From Nitrospirales bacterium (GTDB lineage: Bacteria > Nitrospirota > Nitrospiria > Nitrospirales > NS-4): a stretch of 37,869 bases of DNA. The stretch lies in contig JAXIOW010000006.1 of the NCBI GenBank assembly GCA_045403215.1, forward strand, positions 1 through 37,869, read 5' to 3'. The notes under the pieces are model-generated. The model made no database searches. It worked only from the letters and a program-made list of their open reading frames with translations, and was not told where the DNA came from. The position numbers and the translations under genes are program-made. Numbering within the stretch: the first letter of the stretch is position 1; each line of letters starts with the position of its first letter. This document shows, in pieces, positions 9,678-18,830 of the stretch.

Positions 9678-10634
9678 CTAGCGGGCGAGGGCCCAGAGCG
9701 TGCCGGCCAGGCCGTCCACGACGCGGGCCAGCTTGACGTAGTTCACCTTCTCCGGCGTGTCCGCCTCCGCATGGTAGTGCGGGTACCGATACAGCGCCGT
9801 GTCGGTAACCATGAGGGCGGGATAGCCTTCTGCCCAGAACGAGCCGTGGTCGCTCCAGTCCACCCCTGGCACCCACTCGAACGTCGCGATCGCTTCGACC
9901 GGAAAATCCGACTGCGCGCGGAACGAGTCGATGGCCTGGCGCATGAGCGGCCGCGAACCGAAGTTTGACACGAACAGGATGAAGTTCCCCCGGTCAGGAT
10001 AGAAGAGCCGGTACAGGGCTGACGGAAACGGGAAGGCCTGGCTACCTGGCGCCTCGCTGTAATAGCCGAGGGTTTCGAGGGAGAGCATGACGCGGATCCG
10101 CTCCCCGCGGGCGCGCGCCCCCTTCGCGTACACGCGGCTGCCCATCAGGGCCGTCTGGAAGTGCGGCGGCTCCTCGTTCACGAAGGCGACGAATCGCACG
10201 GTCTTGCCCAGGTCCCTGGCGGCCGCCAGCCTGGACAGCTCCAGCAGCGCGGCGACGCCTGTCGCGTTGTCGTTGGCGCCGGGGCTGCCGATCACCGAAT
10301 CATAGTGCGCGCCGACGAGGATGATGTCGTCCGGATTCTCTCGCCCGCGTCGTGTGATTTCCACGTTCGCCCACGTGTCCCGGCCGATGGCGTACTCCTG
10401 CCGCGTCACGGCATACCCCTGGTTGCGCCACGCCTGTTCGATGAAGGCCGCCGCGCGCCGCAGGGCCTGGGGGCGAAACGTGTTCCGCTCGCCGATCTCG
10501 CCGGCGAACATCTGCACGTGCGCTATGAGCGTGTCTTGATGGATCGCCACCGGCGCCCTTGCCTCCTGGTTGGATGGGCTCATTCCGAACGCTGTCGCGA
10601 GGAGCACAAGCGGCAGCGCCAGCCGCTTCCTCAT
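9678..10634 (-). CDS. M28-family exported metallopeptidase
   Basis: Signal peptide from ATG 10634, then GAHYD, GANDNATG, FVNEE, WSDH and YH motifs. Confidence 0.88.
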   Translation of the reverse strand: MRKRLALPLVLLATAFGMSPSNQEARAPVAIHQDTLIAHVQMFAGEIGERNTFRPQALRRAAAFIEQAWRNQGYAVTRQEYAIGRDTWANVEITRRGRENPDDIILVGAHYDSVIGSPGANDNATGVAALLELSRLAAARDLGKTVRFVAFVNEEPPHFQTALMGSRVYAKGARARGERIRVMLSLETLGYYSEAPGSQAFPFPSALYRLFYPDRGNFILFVSNFGSRPLMRQAIDSFRAQSDFPVEAIATFEWVPGVDWSDHGSFWAEGYPALMVTDTALYRYPHYHAEADTPEKVNYVKLARVVDGLAGTLWALAR

Positions 10635-10778
10635 CCGGGGTTTCTCCGCTCCTCGCGACACGGCGGCAAGTGTAGGCTGACGAGGCGGCCCCTGCAAGGT
10701 GTCGGTTCGAATTGACAGAGGCGGCGCTCTGGAGGTAACGTGCCGGTTCTCTTGAACCCTGACCTTCCTGACTCCTGC

Positions 10779-12080
10779 GTGAGCACCCTCCCAACCGCTC
10801 CCTCGTGGCGTCACGGCGTCACGCCCTACCAGTGGCGGGTCCTGCTCGTCGCCTGGCTCGGCTGGGTCTTCGATTCCATGGACGCGACGATCTACGCCAT
10901 CGTCCTGCACCCGGCCCTGCAGGATCTCCTTAGAGCGTCCGTCACGGGTGGATCGGTCCCAGATGAAGCGATCGGCTGGTACGGCGGCCTTATCTTCTCC
11001 ATCTTTCTGGTCGGCTGGGCGATCGGTGGCGTGCTGTTCGGGGTTCTGGCCGATTATATTGGCAGGACCAAAACGCTGATCCTTACGATCCTGATCTATG
11101 CCGTTTTCACTGGTCTGGCGGCGCTGTCGGACACGTGGTGGCATCTTGCGATCTATCGGTTCCTGACGGCGCTGGGGATCGGCGGGGAGTGGGCGGCAGG
11201 CGCGTCGCTGGTGGCCGAGGTCTGGCCGGAAGAGAAACGCGCCAAGGCGGCCGGGATCTTGCAGTCCGCCTGGGCGGCGGGCTTCTTCCTCGCCGCGGCT
11301 GTCAACCTGATCTTACGTGGATACGGTTGGCGCGTCCTGTTCCTGGTGGGCGTCCTGCCGGCACTGGTGGCTCTGCTCGTTCGTCTGTGGGTCAAGGAAC
11401 CGGAGCGCTGGGTCCAGGCGCGCGCGCAGGAACTGGCCTCAGGGACAGGTCATCGGATCAAGCTCGTCGAGTTGTTCCAGGGCAGTCTGCGCCGTCCGAC
11501 GCTTGTCGGATCGGTCTTGGCGTTCGTGGCGGTGTTTGGGCTCTGGGGCGCGACAAACTGGACACCCACCCTGATCGGGGCCCTCCCGGACATGCGGGGC
11601 TTGGACGCCAGGGCGCTGGAACAGTACAAGAGCTACGCCATCATGGCGCTCAATGCGGGTGCGCTGATCGGCTATCTCAGTTTCGGGGTGCTGGCGGATC
11701 GCTTCGGGCGGCGACCCGTATTTGCGCTGATGTGCGCGGGTAGCTTCGTGATGCTCCCGATCACCTTCCTGACACCGCACGCATACATGCACGTGCTGCT
11801 GCTGCTGCCCCTGCTCGGCTTCTTCAACAATGGGATCTTCAGCGGGTTCCCCATCTACCTGCCGGAACTGTATCCCACCCGCATCCGTGCGACCGGTGCG
11901 GGCTTTTGCTTCAACGCCGGGCGCGTGCTCGCCTCGGGCGGTCCGTTCCTCACAGGCTATTTAGTGACGGCGCTGGGCAGCTTCGGCCGCGCGGCTAGCG
12001 CCGTTGCCCTGATCTATCTGGTGGGTCTGCTGATCTTGCCGTTTGCGCCGGAAACGAAGGGGCAGCCCCTGCCGGAATAA
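10779..12080 (+). CDS. MFS transporter (metabolite/aromatic acid:H+ symporter-like)
   Basis: About 12 TM segments, GWVFDSMD, LADYIGR, GIGGEW, LADRFGRR, PELYPTRIRATG and PETKG. Start uncertain (GTG 10740 or 10779). Confidence 0.92.
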   Translation: MSTLPTAPSWRHGVTPYQWRVLLVAWLGWVFDSMDATIYAIVLHPALQDLLRASVTGGSVPDEAIGWYGGLIFSIFLVGWAIGGVLFGVLADYIGRTKTLILTILIYAVFTGLAALSDTWWHLAIYRFLTALGIGGEWAAGASLVAEVWPEEKRAKAAGILQSAWAAGFFLAAAVNLILRGYGWRVLFLVGVLPALVALLVRLWVKEPERWVQARAQELASGTGHRIKLVELFQGSLRRPTLVGSVLAFVAVFGLWGATNWTPTLIGALPDMRGLDARALEQYKSYAIMALNAGALIGYLSFGVLADRFGRRPVFALMCAGSFVMLPITFLTPHAYMHVLLLLPLLGFFNNGIFSGFPIYLPELYPTRIRATGAGFCFNAGRVLASGGPFLTGYLVTALGSFGRAASAVALIYLVGLLILPFAPETKGQPLPE

Positions 12081-12141
12081 GTGGGGTCAGAGTCCCTTTT
12101 CGTAATCCGTGACTCGATAAAGGGACTCTGACCCCACTTAT
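12077..12141. repeat. Perfect 23-bp inverted repeat (REP-like), likely bidirectional terminator
   Basis: ATAAGTGGGGTCAGAGTCCCTTT (12077-12099) / AAAGGGACTCTGACCCCACTTAT (12119-12141) with a 19-nt spacer, between convergent genes. Confidence 0.85.
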
Positions 12142-12147
12142 CCGGGA

Positions 12148-13668
<1,521 letters not shown>

Positions 13669-13748
13669 GCCGCGCCCTCATTGAGAATCCATTAGCGTAC
13701 ACCTTCCGGTCGGTGGGATCAACGAAGTACGCTATAATGCACGTCGCC

Positions 13749-14186
13749 ATGCGGATCTGCCCCAAGTGCCGCCTCATCGCCTCGGATGATCCGGTGTGTC
13801 CGGAATGCGGATGGAACGTCGCGGCGGGCGGCGTCACCGGGCCGGCCTCCGACCTCGCGCTGCGTTACGCGGAAACCTTGCAGTACATGGCCGTCTTCAC
13901 TGCCCTGATGTTCGGCGCCTCGCTGCTCGTCTCCTTCGCAACGACGCGCGGCAACCAGTTCCTGCCCGCCGTCTCGATGGGCCTGCTCGTCACCGGACTC
14001 ATCGCCGACGCCTTCCTGGTACTGCTCATCTACAAGACGTCGGCCATGTTCGCCGAGGCCAGCCGCTGGATGGTGGGCGCGGTCTTGACCTTCCCGTTCG
14101 GCACCCTGATCTTTGCCTGGCTGCTCGCCAGGCGGGCCCGCCTGGGCGGCCCCGTCGTCCGCCCCACGCCTGATGATGAACCATAA
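13749..14186 (+). CDS. Hypothetical membrane protein with N-terminal Zn ribbon
   Basis: CPKC...CPECGW followed by about 3 hydrophobic segments. TATAAT at 13733-13738. Overlaps the Rieske start by 14 nt. Confidence 0.7.
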   Translation: MRICPKCRLIASDDPVCPECGWNVAAGGVTGPASDLALRYAETLQYMAVFTALMFGASLLVSFATTRGNQFLPAVSMGLLVTGLIADAFLVLLIYKTSAMFAEASRWMVGAVLTFPFGTLIFAWLLARRARLGGPVVRPTPDDEP

Positions 14187-14700
14187 GCGCACCGACATAC
14201 CTTCCGGTTCGCGGCGGAGCTTCTTTACGTGGCTGATCGTCGCGGCGGCCAGCCTGATCGGCATCAGCCTGGCGGTGCCGTTGAGCGGCTACGTGGCTTC
14301 GCCCGCGCTCAAGCGGCGCGAGCGTCGGTGGGTGGACGCCGGCCCGGTGAGCGACCTGCCCGTCGGCGAGCCGGCCCAGCGCGACCTGGTCATGACGGTC
14401 ACCGACGGCTACATGCAGGTGGCGGCCGTCAAGGGCGTCTGGGCGCTGCGTCGGGCGACGAACGAGGTCACGGTCTATTCGCCCATCTGCCCGCACCTGG
14501 GTTGCGGCTACCGGTGGGATGCTGGTGAGAAGGAGTTCAAATGCCCGTGCCATGGGAGCTTGTTCGACCTTAACGGGAATGTCATCGGCGGCCCAGCGCC
14601 CCGGCCGTTGGACCGCCTGCCGGTCAAGTTCGAGAACGGACATCTGCTGGTGCAGTACAAGGAATTCAAATCCGGCACTAAAGAGCAAATTGAGATTTAG
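14173..14700 (+). CDS. Rieske [2Fe-2S] subunit of a quinol:cytochrome c oxidoreductase
   Basis: Twin-Arg SRRSFF plus TM helix, CPHLGC, CPCHGS and GPAPRPL. Confidence 0.93.
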   Translation: MMNHKRTDIPSGSRRSFFTWLIVAAASLIGISLAVPLSGYVASPALKRRERRWVDAGPVSDLPVGEPAQRDLVMTVTDGYMQVAAVKGVWALRRATNEVTVYSPICPHLGCGYRWDAGEKEFKCPCHGSLFDLNGNVIGGPAPRPLDRLPVKFENGHLLVQYKEFKSGTKEQIEI

Positions 14701-14705
14701 CGCGC

Positions 14706-16031
14706 ATGCTCTCCCGGCTCTACGCATGGCTGGATAGTCGGCTCAAGCTGGAGCCGGTCAAGGAAACCCTGCTCGACGAGCCCATTCCAGGGGGCGCGTC
14801 CTGGATCTACGTTTTCGGCTCGGCCACTCTCTTCCTCTTCTTCCTTCAGGCGATCACGGGCATGTTCCTGGCGGTGTATTACGCGCCGACCCCCGACCAC
14901 GCGTACGACAGCATCCGCTACATCGAGACGCAGGTGCTGTTTGGCGCCTTCGTGCGTGGCCTCCACCACTGGGGCGCCTCCGCGATGGTGGTCGCCATCG
15001 GCCTGCACATGCTCCAGGTCTTTTTGTACGGAGCCTACAAACCGCCCCGCGAGCTGATGTGGATGGTCGGCGTCGTGCTCCTGGCGCTCACGATGGGGTT
15101 CGCCTTCACCGGCTATCTCCTGCCGTGGGACCAGAACGCCTATTGGGCCACGCAGGTCGGGATCAACATGGTCGGCAGCGTCCCGTTCGTGGGCACGTTC
15201 CTGGTCAAGGTCATGCGCGGGGGCGACACGCTCGGCGCCCTGACGCTGTCCCGCTTCTTCGCGGTCCACATCCTGTTTTTGCCGGCCGCCATCATGGCGC
15301 TGATCGCGCTGCACCTGTTCATTTTGCGCCGGGTGGGCCCGGCCGGTCCCTGGAGCAAGGAGCGTGCGGCCCAGCGCCGCGAAGCGTTCTATCCCCGCCA
15401 GGTCTTCATGGACGCCGTGGTGATGCTCGGCGTGTACGTGGTCGTGGTGACCCTGGCCTTCTTCATGCCCTTTCCCCTCACGGACAAGGCAAACCCCTCG
15501 GACCACAGTTTCATTCCCGTCCCGGAGTGGTACTTTCTGTTCTATTACCAGTTCCTCAAATACATGGAAGGCCCCATCCTGGGGCCGATCGCCACATGGG
15601 TGATCCCCACGCTCTTCATCGCACTCCTCCTGGCGCTCCCCTTCCTGGATCGCCATCCAGAGCGGACGCCCATCTCACGCCGGGAGGTGATCGTCATCGG
15701 GGTGTTGTTCTTGGTCGGCGTGTTCGTCCTGATCGGGCTATCCATCCGTGATCTCCAGGCCATGAAGCGGACCGATCCGGCCGTCGTCGCCGGCAGGGCC
15801 CTCTATGAGCGGTTCGGGTGCATGGGGTGCCATCGGATCCACGGCGAGGGTGGCGCGGTGGGGCCTGACCTCTCCTATGTCGGGGACCAGCGCGACCGCG
15901 ACTGGCTGATCAAACACTTCCGCGACCCCCAGTCCACCTCGCCGGGATCGATCATGCCCAAGTTCCCGCTGGACGAGCAGGAGCTCAACGACCTCACGGC
16001 GTACATGCTGAGCCTCAAGAAGCGGGTCTAA
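14706..16031 (+). CDS. Cytochrome b fused to a C-terminal monoheme cytochrome c
   Basis: RGLHHWGAS, FTGYLLPWDQ, RFFAVH and PEWY motifs. C-terminal CMGCH, GPDL and axial Met in GSIMP. Confidence 0.94.
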   Translation: MLSRLYAWLDSRLKLEPVKETLLDEPIPGGASWIYVFGSATLFLFFLQAITGMFLAVYYAPTPDHAYDSIRYIETQVLFGAFVRGLHHWGASAMVVAIGLHMLQVFLYGAYKPPRELMWMVGVVLLALTMGFAFTGYLLPWDQNAYWATQVGINMVGSVPFVGTFLVKVMRGGDTLGALTLSRFFAVHILFLPAAIMALIALHLFILRRVGPAGPWSKERAAQRREAFYPRQVFMDAVVMLGVYVVVVTLAFFMPFPLTDKANPSDHSFIPVPEWYFLFYYQFLKYMEGPILGPIATWVIPTLFIALLLALPFLDRHPERTPISRREVIVIGVLFLVGVFVLIGLSIRDLQAMKRTDPAVVAGRALYERFGCMGCHRIHGEGGAVGPDLSYVGDQRDRDWLIKHFRDPQSTSPGSIMPKFPLDEQELNDLTAYMLSLKKRV

Positions 16032-16127
16032 CTTCCGTTCCGGTGCTTGCGCGGCTCTTTCTCGATAGGCTAAGCTCGACGCATCGGTCGAACTGTTTCC
16101 ATGCATGAATCTCTAGCAGGAGGAGGG

Positions 16128-16766
16128 ATGGTGGTGAGACATGGTGCGTGGTCGGTGCTGGCGACGGTGCTGGTGCTTGGGGTGGCGGGGTGCGGGGGGC
16201 CCGGTCAGACCATTCCGCTCTCGGTCAACATTAACGCCGTGCCCGCTCCCGAGAAGGTCATCGCTCCGCTGCGGGTGGCGGTGGTCCCGTTTGAGGACGT
16301 GCGGAGTGACAAGTCCAAGATCGGACTCTACCAGCATTACGTGGAGTCGACCGTGGACACGTTGGTGCCAGCCGGCGGGTCGGCGGCCGATCAGGTCACG
16401 AACTTCGTGGTGGAGTACCTGAAGCGCGCGGGCTTTCAGGTTACCCGCGTGCAGCCGGAGCAGGCGGTCGCGCCAGGCTCGGCCGATGTTGTGCTGTCGG
16501 GCCAGATCGAATCGTACTGGAGCGAGGCCGTGACCCGGTTTGCCAGGACCGAGCTGGCGGCCAAGAACCGGCTGGTGCTCAAGGCTGCCAACGCGGGCGA
16601 CGGCAGCATAGTCCGCACGACGGTGGGCGGCGAGGGGACCATGACGGTGGTCTTCTTCGATCTCGAAGATCTGGAGAAGCTCAACAGCGAGGCGTTGGGC
16701 CAGACCCTCGCGCGGTACTTGGCCGACGTGGTCGTGGCGGATCGGGCGCTCAAGCCGAAGAAGTAA
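16128..16766 (+). CDS. Putative lipoprotein (YajG/CsgG-like alpha/beta fold, tentative)
   Basis: Strong SD AGGAGGAGG, lipobox VAGC, and VAVVPFEDVR / ADVVLSGQI motifs. Confidence 0.75.
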   Translation: MVVRHGAWSVLATVLVLGVAGCGGPGQTIPLSVNINAVPAPEKVIAPLRVAVVPFEDVRSDKSKIGLYQHYVESTVDTLVPAGGSAADQVTNFVVEYLKRAGFQVTRVQPEQAVAPGSADVVLSGQIESYWSEAVTRFARTELAAKNRLVLKAANAGDGSIVRTTVGGEGTMTVVFFDLEDLEKLNSEALGQTLARYLADVVVADRALKPKK

Positions 16767-16792
16767 GGGCGCGTAGGAATAGGGTAGCGACG

Positions 16793-17824
16793 ATGGCCAC
16801 ATCCCCGGCCTCCGATGACCGTCTGCGACAGCAGCTCGAGGCGTTGCTCGCGCTGCCTGAGGCGGATCCGCACGCGGCGCTCCTGAGGGACCTGGTCGGC
16901 GCGGTCTTCCGGCTGAACGAGAACCGGCTGGAGACGCTGGACCTGAAGATCCTGCATCGCACGCTCAAAGAGATGCGCTATGCCTTCCGGCTCTTCGGGC
17001 AGTACCGGAATCGGCGGAAGGTCGCCGTCTTCGGGTCCGCGCGGATGCCTTCAGAGAATCCCCTGTACGATCTGGCCAGGCGCTTCGCCCGCCTTCTGGC
17101 CGAACGCGGGTTCATGGTCATCACGGGAGCGGGAGAGGGGATCATGCGGGCGGCGAACGAGGGGGCCGGGCGGGAGAACAGCTTCGGCGTGAACATCCTG
17201 CTCCCGTTCGAGCAGGAACCCAACCCGGCGATCGTGGACGACCCCAAGCTCATCCACTTCAAGTACTTCTTCATCCGCAAGCTCTTCTTCGTGCGGGAGT
17301 CCCACGCCTGCGCGGTGTTCCCCGGCGGGTACGGCACCCACGACGAGCTCTTCGAGATCCTCACCCTGCTGCAGACCGACAAGAACAATCCCCATCCGCT
17401 CGTGCTGGTGGACCTGCCGGGGGGGACCTACTGGCGGGGATGGGAGCGGTTTGTGCGGGAGAACATGCTGGCGCCCCGCATGCTCGCGCCGGAGGATCTG
17501 GGGCTCTTCCGCGTGGTCCACTCGGCTGAGGACGCCGTGGCCGAGATTGAGGGCTTCTATCGGATCTACCATTCCAGTCGGTTTGTGAAAGGGCGGCTGG
17601 TGCTGCGCCTGCAGCGTCCTTTGACGGCCGGGCAAGTGGACGACCTCAACGTGCGGTTTGCCCACCTGTGCCCGGACGGCAAGATCGAGCAGCGGGCGGC
17701 GCTCCCGGAGGAAGCAGACGAGCCCGAGCTACTGGCGCTGCCACGGCTGGTCGTGCCGTACCACAGACGGAGCGCGGGAGGCCTCCGTCAGCTCATTGAT
17801 GTCGTGAATTTGCTGCCAACCTGA
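16793..17824 (+). CDS. LOG-family (TIGR00730-type) nucleotide phosphoribohydrolase-like protein, long form
   Basis: VAVFGSAR, ITGAGEGIM, FKYFFIRK and PGGYGTHDE (PGGxGTxxE) motifs. Confidence 0.9.
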   Translation: MATSPASDDRLRQQLEALLALPEADPHAALLRDLVGAVFRLNENRLETLDLKILHRTLKEMRYAFRLFGQYRNRRKVAVFGSARMPSENPLYDLARRFARLLAERGFMVITGAGEGIMRAANEGAGRENSFGVNILLPFEQEPNPAIVDDPKLIHFKYFFIRKLFFVRESHACAVFPGGYGTHDELFEILTLLQTDKNNPHPLVLVDLPGGTYWRGWERFVRENMLAPRMLAPEDLGLFRVVHSAEDAVAEIEGFYRIYHSSRFVKGRLVLRLQRPLTAGQVDDLNVRFAHLCPDGKIEQRAALPEEADEPELLALPRLVVPYHRRSAGGLRQLIDVVNLLPT

Positions 17825-17859
17825 CGGGCTCGAGCCGGCCCCGGCTCGATCCCGGTCAG
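17821..17859. terminator. GC-rich hairpin between the convergent LOG and SAM decarboxylase genes
   Basis: CTGAC/GTCAG outer arms and TCGAGCCG/CGGCTCGA inner arms. No U-tract. Confidence 0.5.
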
Positions 17860-17865
17860 TTGCGC

Positions 17866-18309
17866 TCAGTAGCGCACGGTGACGGAACTGGCGCTGCTGC
17901 GCGCTCCGAAGAACTTCCGGGAGAACTCCTCCACCACCGCAGGGTCGTAGCCCTTGCAACTGAAGATGTCGAGGTACGCCCGGTTCGTGTCGTTGGCGAA
18001 GTGTCCGCTGATCAGGGACGTCTCGATGAGCTGGATCATCGAGTAGCCTGCCACCCGTCCCTCACCGAAATGGACGATCTGGCACTCCCCGAATCGCTTC
18101 ATCCCGATCAGCTTGCAGAGCGCGAGGACGTAGGCCTCGATGTGGTCACGGTCCCGGATGGCTTCCGGCCTACAATCGTGAAGATCAACTGCAGCGGAGA
18201 GGCCCCAAGCTTTCCCCTCCCTGATCAACTCCTCCGGTGATCCTACGGGAGCGGACGTTGGGGCCATCGTTGGTAAGACGGCACCTTCAGCGTTGTCTAA
18301 TGCGTTCAT
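17866..18309 (-). CDS. Pyruvoyl-dependent S-adenosylmethionine decarboxylase-family proenzyme (SpeD/SpeH-like, divergent)
   Basis: VDLHDC, GYSMIQLIETSLISGHF and AYLDIFSCK motifs. AGGAGG upstream. Confidence 0.82.
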   Translation of the reverse strand: MNALDNAEGAVLPTMAPTSAPVGSPEELIREGKAWGLSAAVDLHDCRPEAIRDRDHIEAYVLALCKLIGMKRFGECQIVHFGEGRVAGYSMIQLIETSLISGHFANDTNRAYLDIFSCKGYDPAVVEEFSRKFFGARSSASSVTVRY

Positions 18310-18385
18310 CGATACGGAGCACCTCCTGGTTGATGTGACGGTTGTAAGGGTGACTGGCTACGCTGAACTCGCATCCTGGAAACGC

Positions 18386-18423
18386 ACTATAGCACAGTAT
18401 TTTCCACACGCAATATTTTTTTT
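18386..18423 (-). promoter_or_regulatory. sigma70-type promoter with UP-like A tract
   Basis: Minus strand: A8 tract, TTGCGT (18413-18408), 16 nt, then TG-c-TATAGT (18391-18386). Confidence 0.65.
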
Positions 18424-18451
18424 CAGCACGCTCGAACTTTCTCGCTCCTGG

Positions 18452-18775
18452 TTAGTACTCTTTGGCGGGGGCGTAATCTCGGATCCGCGCGTGTGCTTCC
18501 TCGACGCTCATCCGCTTCACCTCCACCTGCCGGCGCACCCACAGTTCGTGCTGCTTGCGAAGCTGATACTCCTGCCGGCGTTGCAGCGCGCCGCCGCCCA
18601 GCGTCCAGATCGACGTGAAGAAGGTGTCCTGCTGCGCAGACAGCAGGCCGGCCTGCCCCAGGACCGCCTGCTCGTCGAACACCGGCGAGTCCCAGGCCCA
18701 GCTCTCGTCGTAGGCCGGCGCGGTTGCACAGGATGCCAGCACGAGGCCGGCCAGCAGGAGCGCCGCGGATTTCAT
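18452..18775 (-). CDS. Small hypothetical lipoprotein
   Basis: MKSAALLLAGLVLASC lipobox. TATGCT lies 6 nt before the ATG. Confidence 0.7.
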   Translation of the reverse strand: MKSAALLLAGLVLASCATAPAYDESWAWDSPVFDEQAVLGQAGLLSAQQDTFFTSIWTLGGGALQRRQEYQLRKQHELWVRRQVEVKRMSVEEAHARIRDYAPAKEY

Positions 18776-18830
18776 GGCGGCAGCATAGCCGGCGGACGGG
18801 ACTGAATCAAGGTCGCAACGGAGGAAGAGG

